Positions 47,201-58,400 of a stretch of 64,000 nt of DNA are shown piece by piece. The stretch's first letter is position 1. Every line of letters begins with the position of its first letter. The position numbers and the translations under genes are program-made. Source of the DNA: Antedon mediterranea (taxonomy: Eukaryota > Animalia > Echinodermata). The stretch lies in assembly GCF_964355755.1 (NCBI RefSeq), contig NC_092677.1:16452101-16516100 (forward strand). Reading direction: 5' to 3'. The notes under the pieces are model-generated. The model searched no databases. It worked only from the letters and a program-made list of their open reading frames with translations, and had not been told where the DNA came from.

Positions 47201-50200
47201 CTTTACTTACGTTACCTCTCTCCACCCAGGTGTATAAATGGGTACCCAGTTAGATCAAGACACAACTTTGCGCTGGTTACTGGCTGCATTATGGGAGTAT
47301 GTTTCCATACGTGTTTGATCCCAAAAAATACTGGGGTAATAATGCTTGTAAAGCGCCTTTGAGCATGATTACTCATGAAAAGGGCGCTATATAAATGTGG
47401 TATTATTATTATTATTAACAGTGTCCGGTATTGGGAGAGTTGACGGTTTTTCCACTTTTATATAACACTACAGTATAAATTATATGATAAAGTACCGAAA
47501 CTAAAAAAGAAAATCTTCTACATTTGCTTTCTATATAGGAACTGGAATAGAAACAATCACTATATACAACTGTGGCACAAAGTCAGAATGCTGGAACTTG
47601 GGATTGGGAGTCTTAAAATGTTAACAACCACCCAGCTACTGCTCACACCTATGACTATACTTACACTTAATGTATCCATATTGGCAATTTCTTCAATTTT
47701 CGCCAACGGTAACTGCATGAATTCCTCCTCTTTAACAACCGATTCAAAGTTAGTTTCTAGCCAATCAGTTGCGAGACGATGAACTCGAGGACAAGAGTAA
47801 AGCTCTGTAAACGTGCGGATTCCAAGGCAATTGGACGAGCAAATGCAGTCCTCTATAAAATATATAAATAAACAAATACAATACTTCCATGTGATGTATA
47901 GAATAATATTATACAGTGAGTAGCCTATCTAATTAAGTAAGGGCAATTGATTAAAATTGCATCAAAAGACTACCGCTCTGAGGATTGTAATTTGTATATT
48001 ATGTCCTCGAGTATGATGATATTGACCGATTTCACGCGATTATCATGTCCCTATCATTAAACATAACATTTTTGAGGAGTTTGATATTGACTGTAATTTT
48101 CGATTGTGAACTTGTTTCTGTCGTAAACTAAATAAAAGTCATCTACTTGGAATCGAACTCAAAGGATTAGCCTACATCATCACGAGACAACGTTTTCACA
48201 CCGCCCCACGAAATTCGCTTGCAAAATAATCTTAACTATCCATACATAGCGCCCTCATTTTGTTATTCGCCCTCTATAGACGCACCGAAAGACTGTTTGT
48301 GATTGGTCAATAATCATGGTAGTAACCTGGTATACGCACGCTGCTGATTCGCCTAAAAGAAGACAAATTATTACCTAATAATATTGTTACGGTAAATTAA
48401 TATATTACTGTAATGTGTAGAATTATTGATGAAAGTGAATGTTTTATTAGTCATTAATTTAGAATCATTAATTAGTAATTATTTGCCTTTATTCTTTACA
48501 AGGTAACATGAACGCCTAACTAACATTCTACAGTAAAATCTACTGGTTGTTATAATATAACAGATATCGCCTTATAAAAATATTTTTTTTAATACCATCC
48601 ATAAATTTGCAAGAAACACAAAAAAATGAAATACAAGCACTAAAACACTGCAAGTCGTTTTCACTTGGATCACAGTGCACAGTGACGGTATTATTCTAAA
48701 TGAAAGTACCACCTAATAATAAATCTTTACCAAGAAATTCACAGCAAAGGTTCTTCAAGTCAGCCATGAGTAGGACATCCGAGGCCTGCAGGACATCTTG
48801 AATGTTACCCTCGTTTAACTCAATTTCACCACAGTATACATACTTTATAATCTGGTCAAACGTTCTGGCATTTACATCATTAATGTCAATGTTTCTGATA
48901 GCTTTGCCATTTCTGCTTTCAAGACTTGATCTTCCTTCATAGTTAAATAAAGACCTATGGAGTAATAGAATATTCAATTATCAAGACTTGATCTATCTTC
49001 ATAGTTAAATAAAGACCTATAATATGGAGTAATAGAATATTCAATTATCAAATCTGAAACAATTCATTGCAAACCATTTCCTGCCAGATTGCTCGTGTCA
49101 ATTAAATATATACAACTTATGGTAAAACCATCTGTGTTTGCGTTTTATTTTGAATCTATATAATTACACAGAACAAGAAACAATCAGAATAGATTCAGGA
49201 CAACCCAATAGTACTAAAATATTTTCAAGTCTATGCTCACGTTGGTTCTAAGACGCCAGAGAGTGTGCAGAATTATTCATTAAGGCACAAAGTAGCCAGC
49301 TGGGGGCATGAGTATAATATAGCACATATTTTTAATCGTTTGCTTGAGACTGGTATTTTCCCAGATACCCTGAAAATTGCAAAAATTGTTCCAATCTACA
49401 AAGCTGGGGATAAAAGTAGTTTCTCAAATTATCGACCGATCTCCTTTTAAAAAAACTATTTAACACTCTGTTGAAATTTATAGACAAATTTAATATTTTA
49501 TATTCAGGACAATTTGGTTTTTTCAGGAAAAAATATGTCCACTAGCCATGCATTGCTTCATATTTCAGAGTATATACTTAATTTAAAGAGATGAACAGGT
49601 CTAACTATACAATCAGAATTTTTATTGACTTAAAAAAGGCGTTTGATACCATCAACCACAATATCCTTTAAAACTAATTTAAATTGTTTATACATATTAC
49701 AAAAAAAGGCTCTCAGAAAGTCCCATACACCAGTCCAAGTAAACCAATTTTTAATATTTTTTAAAAATCAGTTTCAGTCAGTATCAGTTTGCATAACGGT
49801 TTTCATAACTTACTCCCAGCAATTGTTCGCATTTTATGCTCAGTTGTCCACGATAAATATACTCACCAAAACACCAATTCTACGCACAATTTAAAAGGAC
49901 CGCTCAAAAATCATTAAGTTTAGTCAGTAAAGGGCTTGAACTTTAGCGTGAAATACCTGAGACTCTTAAGTTACATAAGAATCCTATAACTGTTAAAATA
50001 AAATACCAAAATAAATTGCTTTTGCAATACTCTGATTAAAACAGGTATTTTGTTGTTTGTTTATGTCTCCCCTTTTTTAATGATTAAAACTGAACAATTA
50101 CATTTCACTTTCTGAGAAAACTATCTTTTTTTTGTTATGATAAAAAAAATATAAAAAAGCTTGTTTGCATTTTCTTAAAAGTTAAATTTGTTTTTCCTAT

Positions 50201-51941
50201 GCCCTTTGTGCCTTTTTTCATAATATATATATATATATTGTTTTGTAACAGGGGGTTTCTACCTATTATAAGCTGTGCTTCGGAGATTGCTCCTTTCCAT
50301 TCTGTTGTTTTGTAATGATTTTGTGAAAAGAAATAACGAAACCAACAAATGTACTGTATGTATGGTAGTATGAATGCAAGTGTTATGCGCGATTTGAACG
50401 ATTTGCGCAATTTGAAATTGCGCAAAAAAAATCCTTGCGCAATTTGAATTGAAACATGTGTTTCAAATTGCGCAAGCAACGTATTAAATTGCGCAAGTAA
50501 TCTGCAAATTGCGCAAGGTTTTTCGACAGATTGTGAAATCATGCACACCCATATTTTTATAGTAATTCCTAAGAATGATTCAAAATTAAAGATAAATATC
50601 GCATTTCCTTATTTTACTAGTGCAAATATTGTTATAAGTTAGCATACCGTCGAAGAACCGACGAAGGAAAACGAAGCGGTGGTGTTCCACCAGGCGGGCG
50701 CGGCGCGGGCGGCCGGCTATACTACTCTAGCCTAGCTAGGGTCTGGACTACTGATACTGACTAGGTTACATGGCCTAGCTTAAACTAATATTTAAAACTT
50801 AAAAAGTGAGTATTAAACATTATCTTCATTGAAATGGTCTTATTTATATAATAAAATACTAAATTTTAAACTCCTCTGCCTAGGCCTGGCCTAGCCATGT
50901 ATGGGAAAATTTACAGTTCGTTTTCAAATTGCGCAAAGGTGTCATATTGCGCAAGAACTATCTTGCGCAATTTACAAATTGTGCAGCGCAATTTAAAATT
51001 GCGCAAAGATTTTCTTGCACAATTTAAAATTGCGCAAGAATTCTTTGCGCAATTTCAAATTGCGCAAGGATTTTTTTGCGCAATTTCAAATTGCGCAAAT
51101 CGTTCAAATCGCGCATAACACAAGTACCAAGTAGCATGTATTATGACATGTCACATGTAATGTATGCAGTAAATTGGTGGCATATTCAAAGTAGTATATG
51201 CATAATGCAAGTAGTACAATGGTAAAAATCTTGCACATGTAATTTAGTAGCATGATGAAGCAAGTAAATGCCCTTTTTAAAAGGAGATTGATGGCACATG
51301 TATGTATGTAGCATTGTAGCATGTGGTTAGTAGCATGAGTACAGCTTATCATATGTGGCACAGGCATGTAGTATGGTGGAAAGTAGTGCAGAGTAGCATG
51401 GGCATGTCACATGCAATGCAAAATAGCATGGTCATATGCAAAATAGCAAGCATGTTCATGTGACATAGTGTATGCATAAGCATGTGAATGTAGCATAGGC
51501 TAGATAGGCTTTTATATGCAAAGTAGCATATTTATACAAAGAGCATGTGAATGTGGCATGTGTGCATAAGTAGCACAGAGTGGATCATGTGTAAAAAGTA
51601 GAATTACATTTATTATTATTAAATTATTAAAATTTGGAAAACAAATACAGTTTCAAGAAGTTATTCATAAATATTGTTTCAATATCATTACCATATTGTA
51701 ATATTATTATCAATCAGTGTAAATGTTGTGTTTTGTTAAAAAAAGTAACTCACAGCTAGAGGCTAGCTGCTGCAGCTTACCTAAAATATGGCGATACTGC
51801 GCAAAGAACATTCTGCTGAACACTGAACTCTTTTCCATCTACGACCAAAATAAGGTCACAGTGTTTAACATCTTTTCGAAGTTCTTGCAAGCTGTGCAGG
51901 AGCTGTTCTGCGTATTTTGGGGTTTTAAGTAATTTTGACAT
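44276..51941 (-). CDS. GAN: Gigaxonin (KLHL16)-like BTB-BACK-Kelch protein, 7 exons
   Basis: Exons 51941-51781, 48954-48731, 47852-47665, 46815-46538, 46271-46159, 45500-44895, 44496-44276 are in frame. Gigaxonin-like motifs: CDLILVVDGKEFSVQQNVLCAVSPYFRSLFNY, IELNEGNIQDVLQASDVLLMADLKNLCCEFL, NCLGIR, RGY..V, MQKKIFVIGG..YESVECYDP, CGSELY..NNLC, ILAMGDL. The exact C-terminus is uncertain. Confidence 0.87.
45833..45950. repeat. 20-bp minisatellite (gaacctgaactggagtatgt) x~6
   Basis: Directly visible in GAN intron 5. Confidence 0.92.
46949..47446. mobile_element. Tc1/pogo-like MITE interrupted by a SINE
   Basis: ta|cagtcaactctcccaatgccaga ... tccggtattgggagagttgacgg are inverted termini. Confidence 0.65.
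47100..47416 (+). mobile_element. Full-length tRNA-derived SINE, MetaSINE-like core, L2-like tail
   Basis: B-box ggttcgaatcc, core ggcaagatactttac..ctctccacccaggtgtataaatgggtacc, and tail gtaaagcgcctttgagc..gcgctatataaat followed by (tat)n. Confidence 0.82.
48919..49050 (-). repeat. ~62-bp duplication spanning the GAN exon 2 acceptor
   Basis: tcaagacttgatct..catagttaaataaagacctat..ggagtaatagaatattcaatta occurs at 48919 and 48981. Confidence 0.9.
49290..50040 (+). mobile_element. Degenerate CR1/L2-group LINE RT fragments
   Basis: HIFNRLLETGIFPDTLKIAKIVPIYKAGDKSSFSNYRPIS is followed by frameshifted QFGF and IFIDLKKAFDTINH motifs. Confidence 0.82.
50380..51121. mobile_element. MITE with subterminal TTGCGCAA palindrome arrays
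   Basis: TIR gtgttatgcgcgatttgaacgatttgcgcaatttgaaattgcgcaaaaaaaatccttgcgcaatttgaa is mirrored at the right end around a GC/CTAG-rich core. Confidence 0.88.
51125..51600. repeat. Degenerate low-complexity repeat rich in tagcatg/catgt
   Basis: Recurrent agtagcatg, gcatgtg and cacatg motifs without a fixed period. Confidence 0.55.
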
Positions 51942-52489
51942 TATTGATAACCCGATTAGTATTATCCTAGCCAAAGTATTAGCATCCTAAAGCGTAGTTG
52001 TTTGCTTCTTGGAGTCGTTGAACTAAACCTAGGCTAGGCTACACCAGTATTTTCAAAACAAGAAGGACGCTGCATTGCTGCTGCTGCTGCAGGCAAGAAG
52101 AAGACGGTGTCGTGTGCCTGTTTTTATTATTTGTTTACTGTATGGCGTATACCATTTTGATTATAGGGTTTAACATACTTTATGTCAAATGACTTAAATT
52201 ATTTTTGAAACTGTAACTGTATATATTAATACTTAAAATCAATGAAAATTCTTAAAAACAATAGCTGTACAAATATTATTCGATAAGATTGAACTAATGT
52301 GAATATTTATGATAAATAACTTTAGGAGTCAAATGGACGATTCTCAACAATAAGGTCAAGTTTATGACCTTTGATCCAGGGTCGTCTATCACATCCGTCA
52401 TCCGCCGCCCATCGTTTTTTGTTGCAAAAAAAGAAGTGGATGCCTCTTTCTGTTCTTTCTCTCTTCTTTAGACCTTAAAAACTTAAATT
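51942..52489. promoter_or_regulatory. Putative bidirectional promoter between GAN and NPEPL1
   Basis: The two start codons diverge with only 548 bp between them. Confidence 0.7.
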
Positions 52490-55400
52490 ATGTCGAATGT
52501 TACTTTGCAATATAGTACAAATAATAGTATTTCGGATCCAAATGATCGACCGGTTGTTGTTATTGGACAGCTTGGGCATTTAACTTCACTTCCATTTGAC
52601 AAAGTTAAAACCAAATTCGGCACTCGTGTCGACGAGGAGGTAACAAATTGCTGCTGCTGATGAGTGAGCACTAGGCCTAGGCCTAGATAGCTAACCGTAT
52701 TTTGTAGGCCTAGAAATATTTTAGTAAAAGTCAGAGTCAGAACCATTATTTATTATCATTTAATAGGCTAGGTAATTGCCATATATACCCTTTACTGTAA
52801 ATTTACTGTACATAAAAAAAACCCATTTGTATTTACTAGCTAGGCTAGGCCTACCCTTCCATCCGGCTAGAGTAGGGCCAGGCTATCATGAATTTTCTTG
52901 AGCACTGAGCTGACTGATTAATTTGTTTATAAATTGATTAATGATTTTATTTTTCAGACTTTCAAAGTTGCAGTATCGTCTCTACAGCCGTCACCGACAG
53001 ATCACATATCGATTTGGTTCAACAATGCCACTATTGCTTGTCTGCCGTTAAAAGCCAGTAGACATAATACACCGTCGAGAGCTCATGCTATTCCAAAGCT
53101 TGTAAAAGCCTATTTGACCAATGTTGGAAATGAATGTATAGTTGTACGTTAACATCTTGATACTTTCAAAATTCTTATAAACTCCAAAATAATTAGTAAT
53201 CAATCAATCTTTCAATCAATCTTTATTTCCATCATAACAAACATAAAATACAAATTAAGATGGAGGACGTACAACTAAAGATGAAGGACGTACAACTAAG
53301 GCAGAGCCTGAAATAAACGTTGTACTACCTTTACAATAATAACAATAACATTAACAATAACATAATAATGATTAAAAAGATAATGCTATCAGGAAAATTA
53401 GTATTTTATTCATGACCATCATTGACCGTGCGTGAAATTCCTTGTTTTATTAATTGGTAAGGTTTACTAGGCTTTTGCTTCTTAATTCTAACTAAAAGGC
53501 ATAATCAAATAAAGACAATTTTACATTAGATAATTGTTTAACAGTTTCATACTTTATTTCAGTTCCTTTTTAATAATGTAATCATCCATCATTATTTTTT
53601 AAAGATTGTATGTGAGCGGAAGTCTGTGTTTGCTTCTGGTTGTGCTGTAGCACGTGCATTTCCACTCTACTCACGCAAGACCGGTGCAAATAAATTACGA
53701 AAACGCACAGTGACTGTAGAGTTTATTTTAGTTGGCGAAGATAGCGACCAAAGCCTGACAGAAGATGAGATGAATTGTCTGGAACAAGCAGCTAAAGGCA
53801 TCAGGCTGACAGGTCGTATAGTAGATACGCCATGTAATGAAATGCATACAGATGCGTTTATTGAGGCAAGTTATATTATTACTAGGGGTGGATCAGTCCT
53901 GAATTGAGGTCGAAATGGGGTGGGCACATAAGCCAGCAGATGAAGGGTGTCTGATTATTTCTGCTGCCGATTATTTTATTTTTTATATTTTTATTTTATG
54001 TCTTTAGGCATTGTGGCCAAGGATTACCAATAGTGAATTAATCACTGTCCTGTCAGATAGGTGGTAATCCCCTGATGCAGGGTGAAACAGTTCACCGGTT
54101 ATAACTCTTTAGGTATGGTAAACGACGCCTTAACCGCTCGGCCATTTGACTCGGTTATGGAATGCTTAATTCTTGACGAGTCATTTTCTCACTCCACTCC
54201 ATTTTCTCACCCACTCCACTCCATTTTCTCACCCACCATTTAAAGCAGTTTCGAAATTATAATAATAACAGTTTATTTTTATTAATATTTTTTAGGAAAT
54301 TAAAATAGTTGGGAGTGATTTAGGGATTGAACCAATCATTGTCAGAGGTGAAGAACTGGATAGTCGTGGGTTTGGAGGTATCTATGGAGTGGGCAAAGCA
54401 GCTGACCACCCCCCTGCAATGGTTGTGCTCCAGCACAAATCACCATCTGCCACACAGACTGTAAGCTGGGTGGGCAAGGGTATCGTGTATGACACGGGTG
54501 GACTATCTATCAAAGGAAAGGTGAAGAAATTGGTTTTTTTTTTCCATACTCATCCAACAGCGAGCACAAACTCCAGGATGATTACAGGATGAATATTAGA
54601 CTAACTATTTTATAGTTTATCGTGCTTATAAACTTATTTGAGTGGAGTGGAGTTAAAAGAGTTACAACCTTGACACTAGGTCAGGATTGAACCCTGAACC
54701 TTGTGATTGGAAGGCAAGCACGTTAACCATCAAGCTATGTACAGCTCCACTATTAACCACCAAGCTACAGCTCCACTATTTAACCACCAAGCTACAGCTC
54801 CACTATTTAACCACCAAGCTACAGCTCCACTATTTTACCACCAATCTACAGCTCCACTATTTAACCACCAAGCTACAGCTCCACTATTAACCACCAAGCT
54901 ACAACTCCACTATTAACCACCAAGCTACAGCTCCACTATTTAACCACCAAGCCACAGCTCCACTATTTAACCACCAAGCCACAGCTCCACTATTTAACAA
55001 CCAAGCTACAGCTCCACTATTTAACCACAAAGCTACAGCTCAATTATTAACCACCAAGCTACAGCTCAACTATTAACCACCAAGCTACAGCTCAACTATT
55101 TAACCACCAAGCTACAGCTCCACTATTTAACCACCAAGCCACAGCTCCACTATTTAAACACCAAGCCACAGCTCCACTATTTAACCACCAAGCTACAGCT
55201 CCACTATTAACCACCAAGCTACAGCTCAATTATTAACCACCAAGCTACAGCTCCACTGTTAACCACCAAGCTACAGCTCCACTATTTAACCACCAAGCTA
55301 CAGCTCCACTATCTAACCACCAAGCTACAGCTCCACTATTTTACCACCAATCTACAGCTCCACTATTTAACCACCAAGCTACAACTCCACTATTAACCAC

Positions 55401-58400
55401 CAAGCTACAGCTCCACTATTAACCACCAAGCTACAGCTCCACTATTTAACCACCAAGCTACAGCTCCACTATTTAACCACCAAGCCACAGCTCCACTATT
55501 TAAACACCAAGCCACAGCTCCACTATTTAACCACCAAGCTACAGCTCCACTATTAACCACCAAGCTACAGCTCCACTATTTAACCACCAAGCTACGGCTC
55601 CACTATTTAACCACCAATCTACAGCTCCACTATTTAACCACCAAGCCACAGCTCCACTATTTAACAACCAAGCTACAGCTCCACTATTTAACCACCAAGC
55701 CACAGCTCGACTATTTAACCACCAAGCTACAGCTCCACTATTTAACCACCAAACTACAGCTCCACTATTTAACCACCAAGCCACAGCTCCACTATTTAAC
55801 CACCAAGCTACGGCTCCACTATTTAACCACCAAGCTACAGCTCCACTATTAACCACCAAGCTACAGCTCAATTATTAACCACCAAGCTACAGCTCCACTG
55901 TTAACCACCAAGCTACAGCTCCACTATTTAACCACCAAGCTACAGCTCCACTATTTAACCACCAAGCTACAGCTCCACTATTTTACCACCAATCTACAGC
56001 TCCACTATTTAACCACCAAGCTACAGCTCCACTATTAACCACCAAGCTACAGCTCCACTATTAACCACCAAGCTACAGCTCCACTATTTAACCACCAAGC
56101 TACAGCTCCACTATTTAACCACCAAGCCACAGCTCCACTATTTAAACACCAAGCCACAGCTCCACTATTTAACCACCAAGCTACAGCTCAACTATTAACC
56201 ACCAAGCTACAGCTCCACTATTTAACCACCAAGCTACAGCTCCACTACTTGTTAAATTGATAATTTACTTAATATTATCTTTCTACTTTCATCTGCTAGT
56301 TCATGACTTTTCTCATTAGCCTAATGCATCGGCCAGCAAGATAGATCTATGACATAAGCTACTGTGTGTACTTACTAGATTAGAGAGAAAACATGTGCTT
56401 AGTTGCTATCATTAGATCTAAAACAAGTTTAAATGTATTAGGGTCATAATTTCATTCAATAATGTATTCAATTTGTAACTAAAACAGATTTATGGATATA
56501 TTGACTATAATATGCTTTATTCATATACTTATCTTATATTACAGACAGCAATGCCTGGAATGAAAAGAGATTGTGGGGGCGCTGCAGCAATCCTTGGCGC
56601 ATTCGCAGCTGCTGTTAAACTAGTAAGTATAATGTGTATTGGCCTAGGTGGGGAAGTGACTTTCATCCCTGGCCTATGATGTAATGCTTTGTTTGGATTT
56701 TAGTGCTTGAACATTTTGGCAAATTTAAGGGTGTGCTTAGACTCCATATCATTCCCATGATTCATTTTAAGTCATTAAGCATTAAACATAGTTTAGTATC
56801 ATAACAGTGGGGTAGGGTCAGACGCCACAATACCCAAATTACCAACTGTTTATTTGAAACATGTACATATATTGTAGTAACTATTTTTTACCTTTTTAGG
56901 GTTTTAAAGAAAATTTGAATGCAGTTTTCTGTCTAGCAGAAAATTCAGTAGGACCTTTAGCCACACGGCCAGACGATGTTCATATACTATATTCTGGAAG
57001 GTATGGGCATTTTACAATTTAATAATTTATTTATGGCTTGCAATCACCTTTTCTATCTATATATTTTATATTTACTAGCAATTACTTGTGCTCCACACGG
57101 TCTTTGCGGAATCAAGCTCGACTGTACTGAGCATTGATATCAATGGCCACCTGTTTTACTTATTAACTAATAAGCTAACCGTGAATTACGAAATGCATTG
57201 TTCAAGGGATACGTGTAATTAATTAAAACACCAACAATGCGATTAATCAAGACTAAACACTGTTTTAATTTGGCAGCCCTTGGCATGGTATTTGTAGATC
57301 TTGCCATTGCGGTACACAACAGAGGAGGTTGCGTAGTTGATACGAGATGCAACAACATGGTTTCTTTACAGTAATACTGTCTCAAAATACAATGGCCTAA
57401 TGTAATTTACCCTAAGGGTACCTTTTTGCTAGCTCTAATATTAAATTTAGAATTGATATTTGTTATTTTTTTCTTTGCTAGGTCTGTCGAGATTAACAAC
57501 ACAGATGCTGAAGGAAGACTTGTTCTAGGAGATGGTGTAAGTTTTGTTGTCCAACCTTTGACCTTTTCTTGACCTAAACATACTATGTTTGTACACATTT
57601 TCTGCCAGTACGATACTGGACCAATATGATTGTTTTACAGTCTAGCCTCAAGCCTGTTGTCTATTCTTTACTGCAACAACCAATATTGTATTTAATGGTA
57701 ACTTTACTACTGGTTTGCAAAAATAATTGCCGGTTTATATCTGTCAAATGTCTTTAACATACATTGAATTGAATTTCCCTTTGCAAAACATATATAGTAT
57801 TTCTAAGAAAAACTTGAGTTAGTTATATTTAAAATATAATTCAATTGTAGGTTGCCTATGCAGTAAAAGATTTGAAGTCCGACATAATCCTTGATATGGC
57901 AACACTGACTGGAGCGCAAGGAATTTCCACTGGAAAATATCATTCCGCTGTCCTTTGCAACACTGAGCAGTGGGAAGATGCAGCTGTCAAAGCAGGTAGA
58001 TACAAGTACAATAAGGACTGTTTAATTAGAGTGAACATGCACAAAGTTCACGTCCACATGGGTTCTAGTCGACTGATAGGTATATGAACCTCTTGTATAA
58101 AGTGAACGTTCACGTTGACATTCCAGTGTGAACGTATCATGACATCATGATCTTTGTAATTATGGGCTTAGGTCAGGCTGTGTATGAATGATGGCTGGTG
58201 TTCTGATATGAACACATTTTTATCATGTCCCGATATTAATGTCATATTTCAATGCTGTTGTTTTTAATAGGGAAAAATAGTGGCGATCTTGTTTTTCCTC
58301 TGGTTTATTGTCCCGAGCTGCATTTTAGTGAATTTGGAAGTGCTGTTGCTGATATGAAGAACTCTGTAGCTGTAAGTTTTCTATAGTATTACTGTATCAG

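Noticed and set aside
50135-51367. ORFs 50135-50548, 50897-51118 and 51104-51367
   Set aside because: They are readings of the TTGCGCAA MITE arms and adjacent low-complexity sequence.
54687-55871. ORFs TTKLQLHYL / NSGAVAWWL repeats
   Set aside because: They are translations of the 27-bp minisatellite, broken by 26-bp variants.
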